The notes under the pieces: model-generated
The model's database searches: none
The model's input: the letters and a program-made list of their open reading frames with translations, nothing else
Told to the model about the DNA's origin: nothing
DNA from: Octopus vulgaris
Lineage: Eukaryota
Direction of reading: 5' to 3'
Assembly: GCA_951406725.2 (NCBI GenBank)
Contig: OX597819.1
Span: 85,746,001-85,810,000, forward strand
DNA length: 64,000 nt
Program-made: the position numbers and the translations under genes
In this document: one piece after another, positions 24,916 through 37,307 of the stretch
How the letters are laid out: each line of letters begins with the position of its first letter
Numbering within the stretch: the first letter of the stretch is position 1

Positions 24916-24985
24916 TTTGAGGGAATAAAATCCAAACTTACAAGGAAAAAGAATTCAATTTAGAAATACTAAATCAAATTCCACA
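24580..24985 (+). repeat. Tandem duplication (~200-bp unit: 24580-24776 and 24777-24985)
   Basis: Both units start GTATTCTTATCCAAGCCC and end AATTCCACA; they differ in (TA)n length and a ~20-bp deletion in unit 2. Confidence 0.92.
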
Positions 24986-25194
24986 CAATATAATATATAT
25001 AAAACATTAGAAAAAAAACACCTTTTATCAATTCAAAATCTGTGTTCTAACAATGCATCCACCTTAAGTTGAATAAAGATATTGATTTTCGGTGTATATA
25101 TCACTATTAGTAGATAAGGCGAGGTCCGTAACTTTAGATCAAAATACGTAAAACTTAACTCTCAACTTTCGGACAGGGGTATTTATTATAATCT

Positions 25195-25209
25195 TTCTTT
25201 CTTTCTTTT

Positions 25210-25276
<67 letters not shown>
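25195..25276. repeat. (TTTC)n microsatellite
   Basis: Directly visible. Confidence 0.95.
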
Positions 25277-25284
25277 ATTTATAA

Positions 25285-25492
25285 AAGACCCTCCCGAGCC
25301 ATAGGCACAGAAGGCCCTATTTCACAGATTCTGTGGTATACACACACTCCCTGAATGGCTCACCAGTCCATTTCTGGAGCAACGTGAAATGAAGTGTTCA
25401 AGTACACGACGCATCGCCCGATCTGGGAATCGAAACCACAATCTTATGTTCATGAGTGTGCAACATCCTAACTCTAAGCCATGTGCTTCCAC
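25285..25492 (-). mobile_element. SINE family D copy
   Basis: Matches 1250-1458; minus-strand head TGGAAGCACATGGCTTAGAGTTAG and B-box GGTTTCGATTCC. Confidence 0.75.
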
Positions 25493-25628
25493 TTATTATA
25501 TAATACTTGACTGAAACAATCACAGGCGTCGCAAGAATCCACTAAACCTCTTAAAGGTGGTACCTCAAGTTGCTAGCAGTACCATGACTGAAACCAATAA
25601 AATAACGATGCAAATATATTTTATTCAT

Positions 25629-25957
25629 GAAGGCGCATGGCTCAGTGTTTAGAGCATCGGGTTCAAAATCATGTGGTAGGAAGTTCGTATCCTGCACTAA
25701 GTAGTGAGTTGTATACTTGAGCAAAACTCTTTATTTTACATTGCACCAGTTCAATCAGCTGCAGGAATGAGTTGCTATGCCACTGATGCCAAGCTATATC
25801 AGCGTTTGCCTTTTCCTTAGATAATATCGGTGGCATGGAGAGGAGAGGCTGGTATACATGAGCGGCAGCTAGACTGCCATAAATAACCATGCCCAGACTT
25901 GTACCTCTGAAGGGAACTTTCTAGGTGCAATCCGATGATCATTCATGACCATGGGAT
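25629..25957 (+). mobile_element. tRNA-derived SINE family E (head related to family D)
   Basis: GAAGGCGCATGGCTCAGTG A-box, AGTTCGTATCC B-box-like, CTTGAGCAAAAC..TTGCACCAGTTCAATCAGCTG core. Confidence 0.65.
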
Positions 25958-26004
25958 TCATTATTTGACCAATAATGTGGACAAAATTTCTCTTTTTTAC
26001 TATA

Positions 26005-27950
26005 ACTAATAGGAATGTGCTCCGCTCATCCTCGCTTTGCTCAACGGTAGTTTTCGTTGCTTTTGTAAACAAGGAAAATGATGACGATTAACAAAAATTG
26101 AGTTAGAGAATGAATATATATTAAAACATAATTTAATCTGAATTTAGAGTTTGGATAATATACAACATAAGAAAAGTCTTAACGGTGGATAAATTCTGTG
26201 TTCACAAGGTTGACGCCTTTTTTTATATTGTCACTACACCTTGAGCATTCGGCGTAATACTGTAACACGGTCACAGTAAATTGTTCATACGCAGAAAGGA
26301 TAAAATTATTTCATTCTATGACTGACAGTGAGATTTCTAGATTGTCACCGCATAAGGGTGAATGTCAAAGCGATCTGCAGCACCCTCAGTATAATTCTTG
26401 ATACATGGTTTTCATAATGGTCACCTACAAAAATGTTGCCTTCAAGTATACGTTCATGTAAATGGGTTATTGAAACATTTGTTCCTTTGTAAAGCTCATA
26501 TCTGATTCTATTTCTCAATAGCGTTACAACACATACGTATTTAAGGGTCAAACAGACTCCACTACATTTATTACTGTTTAAACACTATTGTAATTGTACA
26601 CATTGTCCTCAATATCAAGGAGACTATTTTTGTGACTGTTCCTCTATCGAGTATATGGAAAAATGTTTCTTTGTTTTTATAAATCAAACAACCTTGAGTT
26701 GTTTATATCATCCAGTTTTCTTCGTATAGGACGTTAGAAGCACACCTTATCTACTAGTACTCCTATTTCGGTACCCAATTTTCATTTTGGTTCAGAAATC
26801 ATCGATTACATTCTGTTCTGGTTCTCGTTTCTCTAAAAGACATTGCAGCTGACATTCTTCAGTTTTGTGCTACTTGTCAACAAGTTACTTTATTGATAAT
26901 CTTCCTTCGAACATTTGAACATTTGAATTTCATGCATCATTATGTATGCACAGTAGTCCATATAGTACTTTTTTTTGTTTTCTTTATCGCGTTCATACAC
27001 AATAACGTCATATACTAAACTTGCTTTTCTACATGGGGGGAAAAAAGCAAACAATTCATGGTTCATAATCTTGAGTCATTTGATTATTTCTCTACAAATC
27101 TTCAGAATGTAACCGTGAACTAATGTCACAAGATTTATAGCGTTTGATAGAACGGACGCTACAGCTGTAGCACTGACATTCTGAATGTTGCAGTTGCTAA
27201 TTGGAATGATATGCATTATGTTATATAAAGCAAACCTGATCGCCGGCTTCAACGTGTTTCCTTAGTGTAAATTTGAAGGCAAGTTGCTACTTGACCAGAA
27301 GCATGACAATAGCCCTGATAATAGAAGACGATGCACATCATCTTGTGCTTACATGTGTGTACTTCATCTCTGTTAGAAGCAAGGGGTCGATACGAATTTT
27401 AATGCTGTGTGATGATTGAATATTTTGAAGTAATTCAGAGCTGGTTCGAATGAAATTCGTTATAACTAGAATTATAATAATTCAAAGTATGTGAATTTCC
27501 CATTTCTGCAACAATTTCGACACTGATTCATAGCTGATTCATTTTTGCGCTCCTCTGTCAATAGTATTGCTTGGGAATGCGAACAATCATACAAATTGTG
27601 CCTGTCTAATTTTAGATATTCCTTTTTAGAAGAACTCGTAAATTGTTTTCATTCTTTGTCTTTATCATCGTGAAAGTGTAAGAAGCAATGAAAAGATGAT
27701 CTTACAGCTGGTCCAGAAAGTATATGTTCCGCTACATAATCCGCATTTCTTGAAGATTAGTATCCGAGCAATTTGTGCAGTATTTTTTTTTTTAATTAGC
27801 ATACAGATTTTGCTGGAATCGAATATAATTAGTTTGTGTTGAGTTATTCCGTAAAAGTCTATATTCATCAATACGACTCGATTGCTTTCGTTGAAGATGA
27901 AATTTTCAAGTTGATATCTCTTGGCCTTTACCAGTTTTACCTTTCACTTC
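26005..27950 (-). mobile_element. Decayed autonomous Helitron remnant (PIF1-like helicase C-terminus)
   Basis: ORF 26345..26551 TLKYVCVVTLLRN..LYKGT..THLHERILEGNIFVGDH..RIIL..FTLMR aligns by eye to the Helitron helicase motif LKxGxxxMLLRN..LCNGT..IxxG..PRIxL..F.xxRxQ; possible eroded 3' terminus near 26005; the upstream boundary is uncertain. Confidence 0.5.
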
Positions 27951-28847
27951 GTATTCTTGATAACAACGTCTTTTCTGTATCTTTTTCTGCTATTTATTTT
28001 CTTACTAGTAGGTCCCACCTATCACTAATGTATAAGTAGAGAACAGTAAATGTTGCTAGATATGCACTTCAGTGCATAAAAATAGTGAATTATAGCAGCT
28101 GATATCTTGTTACTAATTAAAGCAAAATTGGCATGCACATGTTGTGATACAGATATAGGTGCATTAATAAGCGGAGAGAAATGAGAGAGAAAAAGTAGCA
28201 CACATTAAAAATAAATTACATTCAGAGTGATAGAAAACAGTATGTTGGAATGATAACTTCTTTTGAGTGATGAGAGAATGTATGAGAGATAAAAAAAATT
28301 GAAGAAACGCAAAAAAAAAATAACAAAACAAAAAAAAAAACGGATGTATTTGTAACAAAAGATTTATGAAACAAAATGAAAGTATATTATCAATTCAGAA
28401 TAAATATATAACCTAAATATGTATATAATAAAGCTCAAGGTATGTGTGTCTGTGTCTGTGCATCTATAGGCCGAAAGGGAATAGAAGATACATAAAAAAC
28501 AAACTATGTATTCTCATGTACAATTTTACGTGAAAGACGATGAGCTACGTACAATTTAATTTCCATTGCGATTAGGGCTCTTTAAAGGGGGGCAAATAAC
28601 CCCTGTGAACTTTCAAATAGCTCCGATTTCAATGGATATAACAACATAACTATTAGGTATAATATACAGACGATTTCCAAAATTTCACAGTCTTACTATA
28701 TTATTTAACACCCCCTAATTGGGTTTTAAACACGGGGCAGAACCTCTTTGGAAATGCAAACACATCCAATTTTCATGGAAGATATATAAAATCTAAGTCT
28801 GTGTTCTTGCAATAAATGTACTACAAAATTTCAACAATGCAAATCTC

Positions 28848-28912
<65 letters not shown>

Positions 28913-28916
28913 CATG

Positions 28917-28973
<57 letters not shown>

Positions 28974-28976
<3 letters not shown>

Positions 28977-29383
28977 CGCAGGAGTGGCTGTGTTGTAAGT
29001 AGCTTGTTTACCAACCATATGGTTCCGGGTTCAGTCCCACTGCGTGGCACCTTGGGCAAGTGTCATCTACTAAAGCCTCGGGCCGACCAATGCCTTGTGA
29101 GTGGATTTGGTAGACGGAAACTGAAAAGAAGCCCGTCGTATATATGTATATATATATATGCGTGTGTGTGTTTGTGTGTTTATGTTTGTCCCCCTAGCAT
29201 TGCTTGACAACCGATGCTGGTGTGTTTATGTCCCCGTTACTTAGCAGTTCGGCAAAAGAGATCGATAGAATAAGTACTGGACTTACAAAAGAATAAGTCC
29301 CGGGATCGAGTTGCCGATTAAAGGCGGTGCTCCAGCATGGCCGCAGTCAAATGACTGAAACAAGTAAAGGAGTAAGAGTAAGA

Positions 29384-29385
<2 letters not shown>
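28974..29385 (+). mobile_element. SINE family A, full-length copy
   Basis: High identity to 6434-6925; sits after a ~125-bp (TA)n tract. Confidence 0.92.
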
Positions 29386-29424
<39 letters not shown>

Positions 29425-29890
29425 TATACATGTATATATGCATATAGATGTGTATATATATATATATATATACATGTATATAATTATACATACATATGTA
29501 CATATATATATGTATATATATATACATATATATATATACATACACATATTGTATATATATATATGTATTTATACACACCTATATATATGCATATATATAT
29601 GTATATATGTGTATATATAGACATGTATAAACATGTATATATATATACGTATATATATATATATGTGTAAATATATATATACATGTAAATATATACATGT
29701 ATATTTATATTCATTTTTATATTTATATACATGTATGTTTATATTCCTGCATATATATATATATGTGTGTATATATATATACTTGTATAGGCATATATAC
29801 TTGTGTATATATACGTGTATATATGCATATATATATATCCATATATATATATCCATATATATATGTGTGTGTGTATACATATGTATGTAT
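29386..29890. repeat. ~500-bp degenerate (TA)-derived low-complexity tract
   Basis: Alternating purine/pyrimidine sequence with G/C interruptions; followed by a family A 3' half at about 29890-30025. Confidence 0.9.
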
Positions 29891-32800
29891 AACTTACCCG
29901 TTTGCAAAACACAGCGACAGAATAATTACTTTGCTTACAAAGAATATACCCTGTTGTCAATTTCTTTGACTAAAGGTGGTGCTCTAGCATTGCCGCAGTC
30001 ACATAACCGTAGAAAGTAAAACAATAAAAACTATGCCATTTTAATCCCGAGCAACGCCGAGTATCTCTGCTAGTATAACATAAAATGTAAGTATCATTTG
30101 TCTTTGAACTTATTTTACTGAAATTTTGTGAAACCATGCATTGAGGCCGATATTGTTATAATTTGGGAGTGTTAAATTATTAAATAACTATACTCAGTAG
30201 TTGTAGAAGGCGTAGTTTTATTTGTAGTGTTCTGACAATATTCTGAAAGTTTTATTGAAGAGTGCGCAGCGATGTGTAAAGGAAAATCTGCAGTCGCTGC
30301 GGAGTTTATTAGAAGTACGTTTATTCATAAGAATCACTGTGAGAAAGAAAATATTAAAGTAAATCGATAGATTTTATGAACACATATTCAAATGAAAAGT
30401 GATTACAATTCAAAATATAACTGAAAAAAAAACCCATGTCCCTTTAGTAACGTAATATATACGACAGCATACAGTACGCTACGCCTTGACATGATTCCAC
30501 TATTTAACTAAGAACCAATTTATGTGTTGCCAATTTTTTTAATTCATGTTAATGGTATGCTACTCAGGCATAATCGTACATGAAAAGTGACGTATAAATT
30601 TTTTCACGTGAAAATAAAAAGAAATTATCCTTGCAAAGCATTAACATGTTTCGATTTTAATTATGATTCTATCACGAAATGCCTTTTGCATTGCAAAAGC
30701 TTTTGGAGAACGTGCTGAATTGTTTCTGTTAATTTGCCAATGTAATTACCTATTTTCATCCCTTAATATTTCGTTTCTTGGATCGTTGCCCTTGGCCATT
30801 GAGTAGTTTGGCTATAATTCTCTATTTCTGGCTCTGGTAGACATTGGGGTTTAATTGTTGTTACTAAATTATTCTCTTCTTTTCTCTTGTTTATAATAAA
30901 TGAAAGAAAATTAAATGTCTGACTTCGGTTTTGTATTTAGTTTACAAAATTATTGATGTTTCTGTGTTGAAACATACATTCTCTTGAAACATACATCTAC
31001 ATAAATACATACATACTTACTTACATATATACATACATACACAACACATACACACAGAAGCATAATTCTCCGACAGACTTAGAATAGACCTTGGAGTCAG
31101 AGGACAAGTCACTGTGAAGTTTGTGAATAGTGAAGAAAGGACTTTGACTAACCAACATCCGACTGATTGTTTAACCAGAACATTAAACAAATGATCAACT
31201 GCTTAAATATTTAACCAATTGTGTAACAGCGAAGAAATCATTTGGATCAATGCGTGGGTTATTGTTATTGGCGTTAGGACCCTCTCAAGATACAACTAAA
31301 TAAATGTTCTACTTGAACATTTAATTTGTGCTTGAAATTAACATAAAATTATCAATTCAGTTTCTATTTTATTTGGATTTTGATACTAAGCAGAACGCGC
31401 ATCAGTATTTAATTATATTGATTCTTCTTTTCTACTTATTCAATTTCAATTCTAGCTTAAATATTTCTTCCCGCTATTTACTCATATTCTTCTGCTGCAC
31501 ACTTTTAGACTCTTGGAGCATCATTAAATGACCATATTCACAACTAATTTTATATCTCGTATATATATATATATATATATACACTCATAATTATTTAATA
31601 GTTAATCTTTATAAATGTAAGACCATAAATCTGTCTCACTATTTCTTGTACTTTTCCAGCTCCGTCGATTTTCTGAAACAGTAGACTTGCCTCATATCTA
31701 CGTTTAATTTTATCCTTTAATATTATACATACATTGTTGGCCTTGCGCCAAAATTTGAAATCAGTAATACACACACATGCACGAAAATATTACAACTTTT
31801 TAAAAATCACAGCATTGAGATGAACTATTGCTCTAATACTTGTGACTTATTTTGATAGAATTCATATTTAGGTTGCCTTATACTTAAATATATAGCGTAA
31901 TGTCACTAACGAATACAAAGCTCTATCTGATATAAGTTTTACTTGCTTAATGAATTATTGATTGAATTTATAATACATATTTCTGTAATTGATGAATAAT
32001 ACATTCATTATTGTGCATTGGTTCACTTAAGTATCTCGCACTTAACAACACGCAAACATTACATTTTGGAGATTTTCCATTGTCGCTAATTGCGTTAACT
32101 TTGCTCAAAAGCATAATTCGATTTTGGAGAGAATGCCAATGAATCTCGCTTCGTTTCGCCTGTTCCAGAATAAGCGATGCAAAACAGGATAAGTAAAATG
32201 AATGTGTAGATTATAAAATGTATACAAGAACTACTGGTATGTTATAGAGATGATTTATTGCGTACCTCAGAGAGTTTAAAATATCTAACCGGAAGGTAGA
32301 AATTATTGAAATATCATTGGTTTGACTTGTTATTTTTCTCAAGTACATATTCGAGCATACAATGTACCACATTTAAAATATTTTGCGCACACGGATATTG
32401 ACCTCGTCAGCCAACGGCTTTAATATATCGTATGAAATAAAATAAAAAAAAAACTGTTGGGACAGTAGTTATTATACAAAACTGTTCACCTTCCCACGAT
32501 GCACATCAAGTTTTAGTAAATAGCTAACATTCGTGTGAAAAGATGATGCACTAAAGAATTTAAGGTGGTGAGGAAGACAATTTAGAAAATAACCAATAAT
32601 TTCATTAAATTAATATTTTCGCCAATTGCAAAAGCAATATCTCAGATGTTTCTATCAACTCAGAAAAATAAACATATTTACTTTTTTCTATTATTAACTG
32701 TCCATTTCTTTTCATTGCAGTAGACGATAATTAAAAAGAAGTATAATACAATACTTTATATAAAAATATAACATATAAAAGCATTTCAACACAGCAATCT

Positions 32801-33470
32801 ATTTATAACCATGTCTTTTGTAAACTGAAACAAATAGCAGTTATATATTGCATTATATCTTTTCCATTTTTGCTTGATTTATCTACTTGTGTAACAATTG
32901 TTTAGCAACGTAGCGATGGAAGCATTTTACAAAACATTCTGTTTGCATACATACAGAGATTGTTATTTAAACTAATTTGTTTTGTTTAAACAAACTTGCT
33001 TTGTATGGGATCTAATAGTTGAAGTATTGGAGAAGAGAGAAAAATTCTTTTCAATATCAGGAAAAAAATGTAAATTTACATCAAGTAGATATAACTACAC
33101 TTGGTAAAAAAAAAACGATGAGCATTTCAAAATTGTTTATACGTAATAGAAAGACGGTAGGATATCCAATTGTCTTAGGAAATTAATAGTTTTTCAAATA
33201 ACCGATAATAAAAATACTAATATTGGGTGGCTAAATTCCTAGGCCATCTGTCTAATTGTGTATATTCTGACTATGTTATGAAAAAAAACCGCTTGATAGA
33301 AAGTTATTTGGTTGGAAATATGCATTCATAAGTCGAAACTTATGCCCACTACTATCCTTTATTATCTTTCTATCGAATCTAACACTACAATAAGCGTATG
33401 TATTAGTACTACTAAAAATAGTTGTGAATTCAAGACACTACGCCATAATAACTTTAAACAATTTTTAAGT

Positions 33471-33770
33471 AGGTGCAGACGTGGCTCTGTAGTAAGAAGC
33501 TTGCTTCCCAACCACATGGTTCCGGGTTCGGTTCCACTGCGTGACACCTTGAAAAGGTGTCTTTTACTATACATACATCTGTGTATGTGCGTGTCTTTGT
33601 GTCTGTGTTTGTCTTCCCACCATCGTTTGACAACCGCTGCTGCTATATTTACGTCCCCGTAACTTAGCGAAACACCGGGATTAAAAAATAACAAATACTG
33701 GGGTCTATACATTTGACTAAAAAAAAAATCTTCAAGGTGGTGCATGTCTGAAACAAATAAAAGATAGAAT
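33471..33770 (+). mobile_element. SINE family A, internally deleted copy
   Basis: Same head (GGTTCCGGGTTCGGTTCCACTGCGTG) and tail segments as 6434 and 28974. Confidence 0.85.
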
Positions 33771-36059
33771 AGTTTACTCAAAGCGCGAAAAATTCTTGTC
33801 TCTTCTGCAATGCTTCAAACCTTAAAAGTTATACCGAGCAAGTTATTCACATTTGGATAAGCCTAGTCTTTGTTCCCTCGTTTCCTACGAAACTTGAAGC
33901 GGTTAAACTAGACAGTGTAGGTTAACATACGTAAGGTGTTAGTCAGAGATAATTTTTAACTCATTTAAATTATAAGTGTAACGGGAGGAAGAATCATTAG
34001 CGTCAATGAGTATTATTTCTGAGAGGAACAAAAAAATCGAAATTTTAATTGACTGAAAATTAATGCAGATGTGCAAGAATAGATTGATCTTTACCCAGTA
34101 TGGTGACAACTGCATGCCTATTTCAGAGATAATAAACCACGTTCGTGAAATTCATTCATCAATTTGGCAAAATGAGATAATAGTAATTTGGGGAATAATA
34201 ATGATATTAGTTCTCATTAACGTTAATTATTATAGTCTCAAATGAATAGAATTTTTTTTCTGTTGAGTAAATTAAGTATAATAGCCATCTGTTAATTCAT
34301 ATATTCTCCACGCAGAATATATCTTTAAGAAATACTACTATGTTATATTTTTAAGTTGCATTGTCAGTGAATTATTTTCGCACAAAGTACTTTATCAAAT
34401 AGTTATTCTCAGATCTTAACTGTTGTAAGTGGATTATGTTTCAATTGAAAAAGTTTGATAAGATAAACATATCTATACTTGTCACCAACAGCTGTCAAAA
34501 ACAATTTGACTGTTCTATGCATATCGTGATTTAATATTGTCAAACGATAATTTAGGCCATTTTGCTTCTTTTGGAAGCAAATCTGATTACGATTAATGAC
34601 TTTCTTCGCATTACGGTTAATAATTTCGCGTGATTGAAAATTAATTATGACGCAAGTTCGTTTCAATAACAATTTACCAGTAATTGACCTACAAAACTCC
34701 TTGTTTAATTACATTGCAACATTGATAAACAGTAATTACAGAAATAGATTTCAGGTAATGTATAAAAGCTAGTAAGTGTAAAGACAAGCCTCAGGTAGTC
34801 TAAGGGTAGTTGGAATATCTGATGTCAATAACAGCACTTATACAATCAGTAAATATATTGTTACCTGAAAAAAATATTGATTTTAAGTTTTGGTGAGGTT
34901 CCTCTATAAATTGCGTTCCTCGTAACGTCAGACTTTTTAGCAACTAATCTTTTCGAGGAGTAATATCTACTTATAAAAAACTTGAAGACGTAAGTTCTTT
35001 TACTCATATCGGATGCCTATTTCTTTTTATACGAATAGTTGATTTCAACTAATGTATAAAAGAATAATTTATAGTATAACATATATAGATTTATAATGTT
35101 GCAATAAATAAAGCAATCTAAACTTGACAGTCTGTTTTAAACTTTTCTTTTGTGAATTGACATTAAGTAGAATGTGTCACGATATATTTTCTCCCTCTCT
35201 GGTCTTTGCTCAGCGTATTTGTTTACTTCTGTATCAATTGCCAAGCCACATAACAATGGAATAATTTAACACAGAGCTGTGTTGGTCATTTATTGGCGAT
35301 TAATATCTAAATTAATGTGTTTTGTTTAGGCTAATTAGCTTTGTACAAGCTGAAGCATTGCAAATGAGAGAAGAGTGCCTGGTGTTTTGAGTAATTTTAA
35401 GTCATGATGGTATGCAGTTTATACAATTATTTTAGAATTTGACTTGATAGCGGTAGGAGAGTTGGAGCTTGCAAAAGATTTGTTCTTTGAGTGAGTATTC
35501 CCAATCAAGAATTGTAGTGCACCTGAGCACTGCACACAATGTTTATTATCATTATTATTATTATTAAGAGGTTTATTTCTTTTTTTAGAGAGAGATTTTT
35601 CTTAAAATGTTCAAAATGTGCATTCATTGGCAGTCGTTACGTCAATATTTCTATGACCAATTAATTCATTGTTAAAAAATCGTTTGAATACAGCACAACC
35701 ATTGTTTAACAACTTAGTGGGCCATTTGATATTGTGCTGTGAGATTTTAAGTCTGATTATCGGTTTAAAACTGTGTACATACTCAAAGAATTTCTTTCAA
35801 ATTTTATTATACCAGGAAAATTTCATTAGTTTGTCTCAACTGTGATTTAATTTTAAATGGCACGCTAATTGCTACCTAAAAAACACTGCAATTTTCCTTC
35901 AAGACCAGAAAATTCTTCAGTTGTCATCACTTACCAATCCTGTACAAAGATAGAATGACACGCTGTAGAATACTGCTCTGACATTTAGAATGATGCTGTT
36001 ACAACACATTTAGATATCCAAGACAACAAACAAAATACATTTACCTGGCTGATTGATAT

Positions 36060-36950
36060 ATAGATACTTGCCAACAAACTTCAAATTCAGGCTTCGAGAT
36101 GCAGTCTACTCACTCTAGCTTTTCCACCGTTATTATAGAGACCTTTGCTTCTTGGATCTGGCTGAGCTCATGTCATCTACAATCGAGCTTTCGCAGTCAC
36201 ACGACTTTCCTCCTCCAGTCAACAATATCGTGTCCATACCTCAGTCTTGGCTTCACACTAACCACTACGCCATTTTACCTTCCAGAGTGACAGTGCTCTG
36301 AGATTCCCTTCCTAATCATGTTTTTACTACAGGAGCAATTTAATGCTTTCCTGAAGAATAAGGTCTCAGAGAAGAATACAGATTCATTGGTTTCAGAGAA
36401 ACTAAGAAAACCATAGATGCAATCATATGTATCCTGACGGACTCATTACAAAAGGGTAAGGAAAGACATCTTAGAATTTTTCTATAAGGAAAAATTGCAA
36501 AAGGATGAGGTAAATAAAATCTGAGTGGCGGAGTGAATAAATATGAGTCTTGCCTGAACAGTAGTATTTTTGAACTCTGCGATCATTTGCTTAATATTTA
36601 AACAAAATAACTCGTATCTCTAACCCATCACACAATGGCATTAACACCATAAACCTATCTTGTATTTGAAGTAATTTACGCTCTATGTGCTTAATTTTTA
36701 AAATGTAAGCGTGTAACTGATAATCCTCAACTGCAGCCTGAGAGTCGAGTCGTAGAAAAGAATCTAAACCAGCTTGAAGAAGTTGCTACTCACCATGAAC
36801 TAGGAAGGGTTCATCAACTAAGGTCTTCTGAACAAAATAGCATAGCCTATCAACTTCATTGGGTTCCCGAATTATAGCCAGTACATCTTATTTCTTTGGA
36901 AGAGGGTTTTCGATATCATTTTTATAGTCTTTATACTGTTTCTCAATCAG
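36060..36950 (-). mobile_element. Very old RTE-like LINE 3' remnant
   Basis: Minus strand LEGKM..KPRLRYGHDIVDW resembles the RTE C-terminal LEGKxxGxRxRGRPRxRWxDDI motif. Confidence 0.35.
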
Positions 36951-37222
36951 AATGAACCTGGAAATGCTCCTCGTCTAATGTCCATATTTAGTGAAGATGA
37001 AACTATAGATGAATATGTTTATTCAAGGCACTACGCAGTAGAATCTAACAGGCAATCAAATGTGTGCTGAACGAAACGTCTTAACAACACGGCTATACCT
37101 GCACCCTACCGATCTCTATAAGTTGATTGGCAAATTCAACTTTGAATTAAGGACATACAAAACACTGGCTTCTCTCTCTGTCTCTCTGTCACTCTCTCTA
37201 TCTCTCCCTCTCCCTCTCTCTC

Positions 37223-37271
<49 letters not shown>

Positions 37272-37307
37272 ATATATGCATGCATATGTTCACACACGCA
37301 CACATAT

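Larger units (their letters stand above)
28418..30073 (+). mobile_element. Non-autonomous Helitron containing nested SINE(s) and expanded microsatellites
   Basis: 5' TATGTATATAATAAAGCTCAAGGTATGTGTGTCTGT (Helitron-like start); 3' CCCGAGCAACGCCGAG..CTGCTAG|T, nearly identical to the terminus at 5628-5655. Confidence 0.7.

Noticed and set aside
30750-30890. Possible minus-strand exon ending AG|GTAATT
   Set aside because: Stops occur in all three frames and there is no acceptor.
37060-37307. N-terminal extension of the 916-aa ORF, suggesting a domesticated fusion gene
   Set aside because: It consists of SINE remnant plus (CT)n/(TA)n and is in frame by chance; there is no evidence of expression.
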